A DNA stretch of 56,296 nucleotides from Nanobdellota archaeon (GCA_041305085.1 JBFYMA010000021.1:1-56296); one strand, 5' to 3'; shown: positions 18,493-28,343, counted from the first letter of the stretch. Numbers and translations are program-made. Notes: generated by a model from the sequence alone, not told the origin.

Positions 18493-19965
18493 TTATAAAT
18501 GTTTGGGTTGGTTTGTGGCCTGTGTAGACTCTAAATTTGATTTGTTTTTTTGCTTTGCTTCCTTTTTTGCCTGCTTCTGCTGCTTTTTTATGAGAAAAAT
18601 TCTTTTCTTTACATACTGCAGCGGATTCTTGATGTTTTCCTTCTCCATCTCTCCTGAATAAACTCCAAGGTCTGTATAATACGCCTTATTATCATATCCT
18701 GGTGGTGTTGTCTTGGATTTTTTGTTTTTGTAATACCTGAGCTGACCTTTTATGTATGTCTCCCTCAGCGGCTCAGTATTTTTTTTGTTCCACTCATAGA
18801 TTCTTTGCTCTATTTCTTCATAGCTCCAGCCAACATTTGACAAAAAAGTTATGAGGATAAACACCCCTCTTTTTCTTCCATCCTCCAGTCCAAAGAGGAG
18901 CTTTTTTATGCTTGGTGGAAAGAATTCTTCAGGAATTTTCTGCAGGTCTTTGTCAAAGTAATCCTCCAAAGGCTTTGCTTTGCTTTTTTCCTGCAAGTTT
19001 TCTATCTGTGGGGCAAAGTCATAAGCTTCTCTTAACAAAATAGATGCTTCCCCTTTTTCGCAGGTTTTTCTTTCAATGAATTTGTGCTTAAAAGATGCAT
19101 TTTCAGGCTTTGCCTCTTGTTTTTTGAACTGGAGAATTTTTTCAATATCGACGGGCGTTGATACCAGCCCTGATTTTTCGTGCAATGAATATGGCATCCT
19201 GTACATGTGCCTTGAGCTTATGAGAATTGTGTCTATGGCAAGGAAAGGCTCTATGTTAAGCACAGGCATCTTGTTTCCTGACCTGTCTTCCCTGTATTCT
19301 ATAACATTTTTGTCATTGATTTTTTTGACAATGTTCTGGATTTCTCCTTTTTCAAGCTTTGTAAGCGCTTCTGTAACTGGCTTTTTTATGGATTCTTTTA
19401 TCAGAAGAGCTATTCTCTGGGGAACTTCTGGAAAAAGGTTTTTTGTGTGCTGCTGACCTATTTTTTCTGGAAAAGCCTCCCAAGGCACTGCAACATGGAA
19501 TCCTTTGTTTCCTGAAAATTTGGCAGTTATGCTGTTGACTTTATAGTGCTTCAATGCTTTTATTATGTAATGAGTTGCTATTTTGCTGTACTCAAAAATC
19601 TTGCAGTCCACATCTATTATAAGATCCCATCCTTTTCTGAGGCTATCCAGCTCCTCTCTTCTCATGCCTGGCTTTAATGCCAAAGGATTTTTCCACAGCT
19701 CTTCGCTTGCATGAAAGCTGCTGACGCCTTTTTTTGCCAGCTCCAACACGTCGTTTGGATAGTTGAGAACATCAGGCCTTCTTCCCATTCCCTGCTGAAA
19801 CCTTACAGCAACCTCTTTATCCTTTGCATGCCTTACTAGCTCTTCCTGGACTTTTTGCTGCTTGTAGAATGACAGTGACTTTGCAATAAACATTGGAGAG
19901 AGTAAACCCTCCATATTTATATGGGTTTGGGTGATGATTGAGGTTAATAATTTAACAGGGAGCAT
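18493..19965 (-). CDS. priS: DNA primase, PriS catalytic domain fused to a PriL C-terminal-like domain
   Basis: AEP motifs DLIIDVDCK (DxD) and FSGNKGFHVAVPW (sGxGxH). The C-terminal FPPSIKKLLFGLEDGRKRGVFILITFLSNVGWSYEEIEQRIYEW resembles the PriL-CTD block. The true start is possibly MFIAKS (ATG 19893), about 25 nt after a TATAAATA box. Confidence 0.85.
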   Translation of the reverse strand: MLPVKLLTSIITQTHINMEGLLSPMFIAKSLSFYKQQKVQEELVRHAKDKEVAVRFQQGMGRRPDVLNYPNDVLELAKKGVSSFHASEELWKNPLALKPGMRREELDSLRKGWDLIIDVDCKIFEYSKIATHYIIKALKHYKVNSITAKFSGNKGFHVAVPWEAFPEKIGQQHTKNLFPEVPQRIALLIKESIKKPVTEALTKLEKGEIQNIVKKINDKNVIEYREDRSGNKMPVLNIEPFLAIDTILISSRHMYRMPYSLHEKSGLVSTPVDIEKILQFKKQEAKPENASFKHKFIERKTCEKGEASILLREAYDFAPQIENLQEKSKAKPLEDYFDKDLQKIPEEFFPPSIKKLLFGLEDGRKRGVFILITFLSNVGWSYEEIEQRIYEWNKKNTEPLRETYIKGQLRYYKNKKSKTTPPGYDNKAYYTDLGVYSGEMEKENIKNPLQYVKKRIFLIKKQQKQAKKEAKQKNKSNLESTQATNQPKHL

Positions 19966-19975
19966 ATTTGCAAAA

Positions 19976-19985
19976 TTTTAAATAT
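19976..19985 (+). promoter_or_regulatory. Putative TATA box for the GHKL-ATPase operon (leaderless-type spacing)
   Basis: TTTTAAATAT lies about 25 nt upstream of ATG 20006. Confidence 0.35.
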
Positions 19986-20005
19986 GCTGAAAATGTCCTG
20001 ATTTT

Positions 20006-21991
20006 ATGGGAGCTTCAGGCACAGACATAGAAGAGATTATCAATCAATACAAAAACAGACCTATGAAAAGGACTGTAAGCAAAGAATTGCCTGACACTAT
20101 GGGTGATTTAGTGATTCAGAGTTTTGTTGGTGCCATAAGCAAATTACAGAAAAATTCTTATGATGCAGGAGCCCATTTTGTAAAAATTAAGTATGTTCCG
20201 GAAAAACTTCTTTGTATCAGTGATGATGGGCGAAGTGTTGTTCCAAAAGAAATTGAAGATGAAGTTCTGTGTATGGGTGAAAGCCACAAGAAAAAGAAAA
20301 AATTTTCTGAAGATGGGCGGGCATATCTTGGAAAGCATGGAATAATGATGATTGCTGTTAAAAAGCTTGCAGAATATCTACAATTTGATGCCAGAAAGAA
20401 CGGAATACATACAATTATTGAAGAAGATTTGAAACTGCCTCTTACTCTTGACAAGGAAATAGTGCCAAAATTAGTTGAAAGATGCAATCCTGAAGAACAC
20501 GGCACCATAATAACTCTCAAAGGTTTGAGATTTTCAGAACAGGATGTAAGTGAAAAAGACCTTATCCAGAGGCTTGAATGGGAAGCCCCTTTAGACCCTG
20601 AAGATTTCAGAGTTTATGTAAATGATAAGGAGGTAAAATCAAAAATTATTGAAAAAGCTATTTCTCCTTTTAGTGTTAATTTTGAAGGCAAACATTGTGG
20701 AAAAGTTGAAGGAATATTATATCTTACCAGCAAACCTGCACAGCATTATGGCATAAGAATAAGAGTTAATAAGGGAGGCATTGGAAGACCTGATGAGCAC
20801 CAGGCACTGTTAACAAAAGGTTTCAAATACGGAACTGGAGGAAAAATTATAGGAACTATTAATGTTGACGGGCTTGATTCTACAATAATATGGGGCAGAG
20901 AAGGATTTGTAAAAGATCATCCTGCATACAGGGAGTTTTTAACTAATGTGAGAGAACATATAAAAGAAATTAATAACTTTGCCAGCAAGTACGAAGAAGA
21001 TACCAGAGAAAAAAGGGTTGGACAGAAAATAGGAGATATATTAAAAAACATAAAAAAAGCCGCGCTCAAGCCAGAAATTCCTGAAGTCAACCAAGAGACA
21101 CAAATTGTTCTTCGGCAGTTGGAAGACAGAAACAACCCAGGAGAATACAAAAAAGAGAGTAATGTGATTATTTTAAACGAGGACTATCCTGGACTAAGGC
21201 ACTTGCCTACAATGACTCTTGCCCAATACGGAAAAATTGTTGAAAATATATTTGTAGATGTTTTGGCAAGGTCAAGGGTCTCGAAGACAAGCAGGGGCAA
21301 ATGGAACAAGTATGAGACAGAAATGGCGCAGTTGTGGGATTTATTGAGAGTACAGCCAATAAAAAAGCCAGGGTCTGTTTTTGGCTATCTTTATCAAAAC
21401 AAAATATACACAATTTCAGAGCTTTCAAAAGTCAAGGGAGTAAATACAGGAACAACAAAATACCTTGTGGATACAGGATTTTTGAAAATTGAAGGTGAAG
21501 GAATAGTGGGCAAAGAGTATCAAGAGAAAGAAAAGCTTTTGAATGGAATGCTTACTTTGTATGATTTTGTGGATGCTCAAGATTTTACTTCGACAGGCAT
21601 GTATGCAGCTCTTGACAGAGCTTTTGAAATTCTTGAGGCTGCAAAAAAAAATATCCGAATAAGCCCGTTTGTAAGGGTATTTGAAAACGGAAAAACTAGT
21701 TGTTACCTGCTGGAAAGCGTCTGTCTAAAAAGATTTACTGAAATGTTTTTCAAAAGCGGGAAAAGAGGCTCTAATCTTAACGAAACAATAATCCAAAGAT
21801 TTGAAGAATTACAGAGCGAGTATGGAACAATGAGCTCTGCAGGGCACAGCGTAGGGCTTTCTGTCTCAAAAGTCTCTTCTGTTGTTGATTATGCAAGAAA
21901 AAACAATCTTCCAATAAGACTAAATGCCAATAAAATAAGTTTTGCAGATTTTATCGCAGCTTTCCAGCACCAAAGAGGCAATAGGTTTTAG
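20006..21991 (+). CDS. Divergent GHKL (MORC/HATPase_c_3-like) ATPase-fold protein with C-terminal HTH-like modules
   Basis: The ordered motifs are KLQKNSYDAGA (NxxDA), ISDDGRS (G1), LGKHGIMMIAV (G2) and GTIITLKGL. The C-terminal half has excisionase/MerR-like HTH patterns (IYTISELSKVKGVNTGTTKYLVDTGFLK). Confidence 0.6.
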   Translation: MGASGTDIEEIINQYKNRPMKRTVSKELPDTMGDLVIQSFVGAISKLQKNSYDAGAHFVKIKYVPEKLLCISDDGRSVVPKEIEDEVLCMGESHKKKKKFSEDGRAYLGKHGIMMIAVKKLAEYLQFDARKNGIHTIIEEDLKLPLTLDKEIVPKLVERCNPEEHGTIITLKGLRFSEQDVSEKDLIQRLEWEAPLDPEDFRVYVNDKEVKSKIIEKAISPFSVNFEGKHCGKVEGILYLTSKPAQHYGIRIRVNKGGIGRPDEHQALLTKGFKYGTGGKIIGTINVDGLDSTIIWGREGFVKDHPAYREFLTNVREHIKEINNFASKYEEDTREKRVGQKIGDILKNIKKAALKPEIPEVNQETQIVLRQLEDRNNPGEYKKESNVIILNEDYPGLRHLPTMTLAQYGKIVENIFVDVLARSRVSKTSRGKWNKYETEMAQLWDLLRVQPIKKPGSVFGYLYQNKIYTISELSKVKGVNTGTTKYLVDTGFLKIEGEGIVGKEYQEKEKLLNGMLTLYDFVDAQDFTSTGMYAALDRAFEILEAAKKNIRISPFVRVFENGKTSCYLLESVCLKRFTEMFFKSGKRGSNLNETIIQRFEELQSEYGTMSSAGHSVGLSVSKVSSVVDYARKNNLPIRLNANKISFADFIAAFQHQRGNRF

Positions 21992-21993
21992 AG

Positions 21994-23568
21994 ATGATAA
22001 AAAAAGGAGACATATTCGAAGAGATAATTCAAGGAAATCTTTTAAGCGTTTTTTCTATTGATGATCTTGTCAGAAGAGGGGTTAATGAAGCAACAATCAG
22101 GGGCTTAAAGCAGGACAAAATACAAAGAATCAATGGAAACCAGAATTCATTTCTTGGGGCACTTATATTAAATTATTTGATCAGGAAAGTTCCATTTTAT
22201 CAAATAAAAAAAGAAGAAAATTATGTTTCTGCACTTGAGCTTTCACTGGCGCTGGAAATTTCGCTGGAGAAACTCCTAAAAGCAAAGTCAGGAAATAAAA
22301 GAATTGCTAAACTAATTAAAGTGAAGGGAGAACAGGATTACTATATTAATATAAAAGATTTGCATCTCGCTTTAGGGCACAGCAATCCATTAGTTTCTTA
22401 TACACAAAATGATGATCAAGGCGTGTATATTATGAGGGTTCACTCTCTTCCATCAAAGCCTTCTGAAACAGAAAAAATAGCAAATACTAAAGAAATTGAG
22501 AAGACTGGCCAGTTAAAAGAGTCTGAAGAACTGAAAGAAAGACAAGAGCTTATTCAAACTGAAAAACCTCCAAAACACATACCAAAATCCTTTCCTGTTC
22601 CAACTAATACAGAGATCAGGCCAGGAGCAGAGCTATTGACTAATGATGAGAAGCAAAGAAAAGCAGAGAGAAACTTTTATAGATTTAAAGCACAAAAAGC
22701 AAAAGAAGAGCGTGCAGGAGGATCCGGCGCACTGGGATTAAAAGTTGCAAGAGTTGTAAAGTACGAGCCTGTACGAGGCGAGCTTATCCACCCAAACTGG
22801 GAGTGTCCTATTCCTGATGGCTGTAAAGAGCTCAAAGTTTATTATCATCCCATAGAAATAGTCAGTGTTTTCAACATTGATGAAAAAGATTTAATAAATC
22901 AAATAGCTTTTAAAAGAATTCCCTCAAGATTTACTCCTGAAGGGCAGGCGCTTATTCTAAGCTCAAAAGAGCTGAGCAATTATGTCAGTCAAAAAACCAG
23001 GTTTGAAAACATCCAGCCTGAAGGCTTTAAGGTTCTTTTTGGTTTGAAAAAAAGCGAAGAATCTAACAGAAGCCTCTCTGGCTATGGTCTAAACTTAGTT
23101 GTTCCTTTCAAAAGAAAAATAAATATCCGCATAAGCAAACGACCGGAAGATGACAAGTTTTTTCATATTAATGAAAGAGAATATGGGCATGTTTCTGAAG
23201 AAAAGATTAAGCTGGATGAAAATTTCTGGAACTTTTTAAGCACAAATGACAGCTCTCTGCGGGCTCAGGCACATGTTTATGAACCTGGAAAAGTTCTTGA
23301 TCTTGAGCTTGCAGCAAGGTTTTTCAATGGAGATATGCAGTACAAGCCCAAGATAAAACTCATAGACTCAAATGTTCTGCAAAAAATGGTTCAAGAAGGC
23401 ATTTGTGACCTTGATCTGGCGCTGGCAGGAGAGTTTGGAGAACAAAAAATAGAAAATGGCTTTGACATAGAAAGGCTTTATAGGATAAAGAAATCCTTTT
23501 CCCAAGACTATCTGAGAGATTTGTTAGTTAATCACAAACTCAGAGAATATTTTGAGTCCTGTTATTAA
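21994..23568 (+). CDS. Hypothetical protein, operon partner of the GHKL ATPase
   Basis: Its start is 2 nt after the upstream stop. I recognised no catalytic motifs. It has three HTH-like segments and a K/E-rich linker. Confidence 0.6.
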   Translation: MIKKGDIFEEIIQGNLLSVFSIDDLVRRGVNEATIRGLKQDKIQRINGNQNSFLGALILNYLIRKVPFYQIKKEENYVSALELSLALEISLEKLLKAKSGNKRIAKLIKVKGEQDYYINIKDLHLALGHSNPLVSYTQNDDQGVYIMRVHSLPSKPSETEKIANTKEIEKTGQLKESEELKERQELIQTEKPPKHIPKSFPVPTNTEIRPGAELLTNDEKQRKAERNFYRFKAQKAKEERAGGSGALGLKVARVVKYEPVRGELIHPNWECPIPDGCKELKVYYHPIEIVSVFNIDEKDLINQIAFKRIPSRFTPEGQALILSSKELSNYVSQKTRFENIQPEGFKVLFGLKKSEESNRSLSGYGLNLVVPFKRKINIRISKRPEDDKFFHINEREYGHVSEEKIKLDENFWNFLSTNDSSLRAQAHVYEPGKVLDLELAARFFNGDMQYKPKIKLIDSNVLQKMVQEGICDLDLALAGEFGEQKIENGFDIERLYRIKKSFSQDYLRDLLVNHKLREYFESCY

Positions 23569-23575
23569 GATCAGT

Positions 23576-24505
23576 TTACATACTCTCCAGAATCTTAATC
23601 CTTTCATCAATTGGAGGGTGGGTTGAGAACATGTTGTTGAGCCAGGACTGCCTTTTTCTCAAAGGGTTTTCAAGATATAGATGTGCTGTTGCCTTGTTTG
23701 CAGTATCCACCACTGTATCTGTATCATTCTTTATCTTTTTGAGCGCTCCTGCAAGCCCTGGAGGATATCTGGTTAATTTTACTGCTGTTGAGTCTGCAAG
23801 ATACTCCCTCCTTCTGCTAAGCGCAAGTTTTATCAGCTGTGCTATTATTGGGGCAAGTATTGCAAGAGCTATTGCAATCACAATAAATATTATCTGCGCC
23901 TGCCCTCCTCCGCTGCTTTTGCTGTCTCTTCTTCCTCCGCCCCAGAGAAAGCTTCTGAACATTATGTCGCTGAAAAGAACCACAACACCCACCATGACTG
24001 CCACCAACACCATAAACCTTATGTCATAGTTTGCTATGTGGCTCATCTCGTGGGCAATCACTCCTTCAAATTCCTGCCTGTTCAGCTTTGTCCTTGCGCC
24101 ACTGGTTACTGCAATGCTTGCATGTTTTGGGTCTCTGCCTGTTGCAAAGGCATTTATTGAATCCTCTTTTATTATGTAAATCTTCGGCATTGGAGTTCCT
24201 GCAGCTATTGACAGCCCTTCCACAGTGTTCCAGTAAAAAGGGTCGTCTTTTTTTGTTATGGGTTTTGCGCGGCTGGTTGCAAGAACTATTGAATCCCCTG
24301 AATAATAGCTTACAAGAGTCCAGATTATTACTATAAAGAATGCTATTATTAGTATGGAAATTGTGTACTCTGGTGCAAATGCCTGGGCAAATACATATCC
24401 CAGCAACAGCACAAAAATTGAAAAAATAAATACAAGAAAAAAGCTTCCTATCTTATTCCTGCTTATTTCCCTGTAAAAGTCTGTTGTTGCAAATGCCTTG
24501 TTCAT
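23576..24505 (-). CDS. htpX: HtpX-like M48 zinc metalloprotease
   Basis: HEMSHI (HExxH), N-terminal TM helices, and a C-terminal FSTHPPIDERI motif. Confidence 0.93.
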   Translation of the reverse strand: MNKAFATTDFYREISRNKIGSFFLVFIFSIFVLLLGYVFAQAFAPEYTISILIIAFFIVIIWTLVSYYSGDSIVLATSRAKPITKKDDPFYWNTVEGLSIAAGTPMPKIYIIKEDSINAFATGRDPKHASIAVTSGARTKLNRQEFEGVIAHEMSHIANYDIRFMVLVAVMVGVVVLFSDIMFRSFLWGGGRRDSKSSGGGQAQIIFIVIAIALAILAPIIAQLIKLALSRRREYLADSTAVKLTRYPPGLAGALKKIKNDTDTVVDTANKATAHLYLENPLRKRQSWLNNMFSTHPPIDERIKILESM

Positions 24506-24523
24506 TTTAAAAAATAAAAAAAT

Positions 24524-25078
24524 CTAAAACTTTACCTGGACATTCTCCCTTTCTTTTCCCTCTGTCTTGAAGAACTCCTGCTCCTTGAAGTTAAACATTC
24601 CTGCAATTATGTTTCCTGGGAATTTCTGTATTCCATCGTTAAACCTCAACACAGAGTCGTTGTAAAACTGCCTTGCATAGGATATCTTGTTTTCTGTTCC
24701 AGACAGCTCTTCCTGAAGCTGCATAAAGTTCTCGTTTGCCTTAAGGTTTGGATAAGCTTCTGCAACTGCAAACAGGCTTTTCAATGCTCCTGCAAGCATG
24801 TTGTCTGCCTCTGCCTTCTGGGCAAGGGTCTTTGCCTGCCCCATCATGTTCCTGGCCTCTGTAACCATCTGGAAGGTTTCCTTTTCATGCTTTGCATAAC
24901 CTTTGACAGTCTCCACAAGGTTTGGTATAAGGTCAAACCTTCTTTTTAATTGTACATCAATCTGGCTCCAGGAATTCCTTATCCTGTTTCTAAGTGTTAT
25001 AAAATAGTTGTAGGTTCCTATAATATATATAAGAATTATTACAACAATTATGAGTATGATCCAAAGTGCTAGTGCCAT
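24524..25078 (-). CDS. lemA: LemA family protein
   Basis: N-terminal TM helix, [34 protein letters not shown], and [11 protein letters not shown]; the LemA-HtpX pairing is classic. Confidence 0.92.
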   Translation of the reverse strand: MALALWIILIIVVIILIYIIGTYNYFITLRNRIRNSWSQIDVQLKRRFDLIPNLVETVKGYAKHEKETFQMVTEARNMMGQAKTLAQKAEADNMLAGALKSLFAVAEAYPNLKANENFMQLQEELSGTENKISYARQFYNDSVLRFNDGIQKFPGNIIAGMFNFKEQEFFKTEGKERENVQVKF

Positions 25079-25198
25079 TTTTTCCCTCCTGAATGTTTTG
25101 ATGGCTGTAAAAGGTGTGCGTTTATAAATTTTGTTAAGGAAAAATAGCTATTAATGTTATGAAAAATTTTATTAATTCCTGAGCATTCCCCAAACAGT

Positions 25199-25555
25199 AT
25201 GGCTTCACTAAAGCAATTTCAGGAACACTGCAAAAAAACTGCAAAAAAGTTTGAGTCAAGGGAAAAAGAGATAATGACTTGGGGATTGGGAATAAGCGGA
25301 GAGGCTGGTGACCTTGCAGGCTGCATCAAAAAGACATACGCCCACGACAACGACCAGATAACAGGCATAAGGGAAAACATTGGGGACATGATGTGGTATG
25401 CTGCAATGGTCTGCAATTTCTATGGCTGGGATTTTGAGGAAATCCTGGATGAAAATATTGACAAGCTCAAAAAGAGGTATCCAGAAGGCAAATTCACAAC
25501 AGAAAAAGCCAAAAGAGGAGGCACCAGGATTGACTGGAACGAGCAAACCAAATAG
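25199..25555 (+). CDS. MazG-like nucleoside triphosphate pyrophosphohydrolase
   Basis: GLGISGEAGDLAG..K and IGDMMWY..M patterns, with a KL.KRYP end. Confidence 0.75.
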   Translation: MASLKQFQEHCKKTAKKFESREKEIMTWGLGISGEAGDLAGCIKKTYAHDNDQITGIRENIGDMMWYAAMVCNFYGWDFEEILDENIDKLKKRYPEGKFTTEKAKRGGTRIDWNEQTK

Positions 25556-26147
25556 CCTTCTTCCTTTTGTTGAGGAGGCAACTGTTGAAGAATATATTTC
25601 AAAAGTGCAGAATGCATGGCAAGGGGACCATTACACAGACTTTATTCTTCATATTGGCAAGAGTGTTGAGGAAGAAAATTTTAATGTTTTTTTAATAGCT
25701 CAAGCGTACCTGCAAAACTCTGAAAGTAATCTTTCCTGCCTTGAGCTTGGCTATGTTACATTCATGGCGCTGAATGAAAGCGGCAAGCTGCCAAAAGTTT
25801 CGGAAAAAATTTATGCAGACTCTTTTTTAAGGTTTGGTGCCCACAAGAAGTTCCAAAGCCACTTAATAACTGTTCAGGAATCTTTGCAAATGAACAACGA
25901 ATTCCTAGCAACACTTTTTCACAATGTTGATTATAACTCAAAAAGGTGTGCTTTGCACATTTACGGGGCGCTGGAAATGCAGGCACTGACTGATTATAAA
26001 AAAATTTCCAAAGCTTCAGCAGGACAAAAAGTGCTTGCCGATGAGGCAGAGTACTTTCAGGGAGACCTTAGGCTAAATGCAGAAATAGCATTTCTTACAG
26101 GAAACGGCCAGTTGGCAGCAAGAATCAGGGATGCGCAAAAGAAATGA
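25530..26147 (+). CDS. Hypothetical protein (start uncertain)
   Basis: The tracked ORF starts at 25398 but would overlap mazG by 158 nt. In-frame alternatives are TTG 25530 and GTG 25605. I recognised no family. Confidence 0.45.
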   Translation: MTGTSKPNSLLPFVEEATVEEYISKVQNAWQGDHYTDFILHIGKSVEEENFNVFLIAQAYLQNSESNLSCLELGYVTFMALNESGKLPKVSEKIYADSFLRFGAHKKFQSHLITVQESLQMNNEFLATLFHNVDYNSKRCALHIYGALEMQALTDYKKISKASAGQKVLADEAEYFQGDLRLNAEIAFLTGNGQLAARIRDAQKK

Positions 26148-26159
26148 AAGTTTATTCTA

Positions 26160-28343
26160 TCAGCCATCCCACTCTTCTTCAAAGAGCTCTTTCAGAGTCT
26201 TTGCTTTTTTTGGGCCGATAAGCTCAACTTTTTTGAGCTCTTCTTCATCTGCATTGATAATTCTTTTTATTGTTTTGAATTCTTTTAAAAGAGGCTTGTT
26301 GAGTGTTCCCCCAATTCCTGGAAGGCTGGCAACTATGTATTCCTGCTGCTCTTTTTTTGTCAAAGGCTTTGCGCTGTGTGCTGTAAAAGGAGTTATTCCA
26401 GAAGCATTTTCTCTTTCGCTTATCACTTCAAGTATATCTGCTGTTTCTTTGGAGTTTTTTGTCTGCAGCAAAGGTATGCCGTAGCTCACTGTTATTGCTG
26501 CGATCATTCCTTGTATTGCCTTGTGGCTTATTTTTCTTACTCCATAGATATCTTCCATTCCCTGCACTATTATTAACGGCCTGGGATACTGTTTCAGGTT
26601 TTTTGCCTGCCCCAGCAGTCTGCCATCAATTATTGAGTCCACAAAGTCTTGAACTGTCTTGTACTCTACAACCACATCACTGCTCAGCAAATAATCCCCT
26701 ACTTCGAGCTTTGATAGCTCTATTGTGAACCCTCTGTCTGCAAGGATTTTTAATGGCTGGGAGTTTTTTTCCCTATAGTCTGCAACAATTTTTATCTGCT
26801 CTTTTTTTCCCACAAAATCTTTGAGAGATTCTTTGAAAGGGTTTTTTTCAAGGATCTGCTTAGCCCTGATTATTGAGCTCTGCATTCTTTTTTCCTTTCT
26901 GAGAGCCACCCAGTGGTATGCCTCATCTCGCGTGTCTTTTGTTGAAAGTACTATTACTTTTCCTTTTTCCAGCCTTCCAGTTCTGCCGCTTCTCTGGATT
27001 TTTCTTATGGCGCTGGGTATAGGCTCATAGAACACAACAAGATCCACCTGTGGTATATCCAGTCCTTCTTCTCCGACACTGCTGCTAACCAATATATGAA
27101 ATTTTCCTTTTCTGAAATCTTCAATTATTTCCTTCTGCTTTTTCTGGCTCAGCCCTGTATCTTTTTTTTTCTGCTGGCCAATAAAAAGCTTTGACTGAAA
27201 ACCGCCATCATTCAGCATACCTGTTATTTTTCCAGCCATATCCCTGTATTGGGAAAAAATAATCATCTTTCTTTCCGGGTTTTTTTCCGCAATCTTTCTT
27301 ATTATCTCCAGCTTTGGATGCTCAATTTTTTTTTCTATAGCCGCATCTGCTTTTATTAGTGCAGACCTGAAATTTATATCTTTTACAAGATTTTGTGTTG
27401 CTTTTATTTTTCCGCTGTTGGCCTCTGCCTGAAGCTTGTTCAAAAATTCTTTCAGCGCAGAAACATCCTGTGTTTCTATAAGCTCCAGTGCATGGTGCAG
27501 CTTCAGTGCTTCTGCAATCAGGCTTATGCTTTTCAGAATCTCAAAATTCTTTTCTCCCTGTGCTATTTTGCTGTGCAGTGCTCCCTGCAGGCTTAAAAGA
27601 TCTGTTTTATTGTAGTTGCCCGCAGACCCGTACAGATAGCCGTGCTTGCTTACCTCTGCAAGCTTTGAGTTAAAGGAGTCCTGCAAAAACTTCTTTATCT
27701 CCCTGAACTCTTTCGGAAGCATAACAGATATTTTTTTAAAGTCGACGTTCTGGACATAGGGCTTCACATCAGGGCTTTCAGTTGTTCTTAATTCTATATC
27801 CTTTATGAAAAGATTATTTGCAACTTCTAGGATTTTTTCAGGGCTGTCCCCTGGGCTGGCAGTAAGTGCAAGTATTCTTTCATGATCTGCCTGCCTATGG
27901 TATTGCTTTGCAAGAAATACATAGGAGTAATTTCCTATAGCCCTATGCGCCTCGTCAAAGCCAAAAAGGCAGACATTCTTAAGGCTTATTTTTCCTGATA
28001 ATACATCATTTTCCAGCCCTTGGGGTGTTGAAAAGATTATTCTGGAGCTTTCCCAAAGTTCTTTCCTTTTTTCAGGGCTTATCATGCCTGTGAGCACTGC
28101 CATTTCTTTTTCATCCACATCTAAATGCCTTTTAAATACCATAAGATATTGCTCTATCAGCGGCCTTGTTGGCCCTATAAATAATATTTTTGATTCTGGA
28201 AAATTCTTCAGCCTGTGGGCTGCAAGCATAAGGAATATTGCTGTTTTTCCCATCCCTGTTGGAAGGACGACCAGGCAGTTTTTTTGGCTTGCAGTATGAA
28301 ATATTGTCTGCTGGTACAGCCTTGGAGAAAATTCTTTTAGCAT
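26160..28343 (-). CDS. hef: Hef-type helicase/nuclease (SF2 helicase + ERCC4 nuclease + HhH2)
   Basis: LPTGMGKT, FDEAH and QRSGRTGR helicase motifs. The ERCC4 block is IVADYREK..VGDYLLS..VVEYKT..D. The C-terminal HhH is LPGIGGTL. Confidence 0.9.
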   Translation of the reverse strand: MLKEFSPRLYQQTIFHTASQKNCLVVLPTGMGKTAIFLMLAAHRLKNFPESKILFIGPTRPLIEQYLMVFKRHLDVDEKEMAVLTGMISPEKRKELWESSRIIFSTPQGLENDVLSGKISLKNVCLFGFDEAHRAIGNYSYVFLAKQYHRQADHERILALTASPGDSPEKILEVANNLFIKDIELRTTESPDVKPYVQNVDFKKISVMLPKEFREIKKFLQDSFNSKLAEVSKHGYLYGSAGNYNKTDLLSLQGALHSKIAQGEKNFEILKSISLIAEALKLHHALELIETQDVSALKEFLNKLQAEANSGKIKATQNLVKDINFRSALIKADAAIEKKIEHPKLEIIRKIAEKNPERKMIIFSQYRDMAGKITGMLNDGGFQSKLFIGQQKKKDTGLSQKKQKEIIEDFRKGKFHILVSSSVGEEGLDIPQVDLVVFYEPIPSAIRKIQRSGRTGRLEKGKVIVLSTKDTRDEAYHWVALRKEKRMQSSIIRAKQILEKNPFKESLKDFVGKKEQIKIVADYREKNSQPLKILADRGFTIELSKLEVGDYLLSSDVVVEYKTVQDFVDSIIDGRLLGQAKNLKQYPRPLIIVQGMEDIYGVRKISHKAIQGMIAAITVSYGIPLLQTKNSKETADILEVISERENASGITPFTAHSAKPLTKKEQQEYIVASLPGIGGTLNKPLLKEFKTIKRIINADEEELKKVELIGPKKAKTLKELFEEEWDG

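Noticed and set aside
20006-23568. The GHKL ATPase plus downstream gene as topoisomerase VI B and A subunits.
   Set aside because: The second ORF shows no Toprim (E...DxD) motif or Spo11-type catalytic Tyr winged-helix motif. The first lacks the typical ELVENSLDA / DNGxG sequences and has HTH-like C-terminal modules instead of a transducer domain.
25398-25529. The upstream part of ORF 25398-26147.
   Set aside because: It overlaps the well-supported mazG-like gene by up to 158 nt in another frame. The true start is probably TTG 25530 or GTG 25605.
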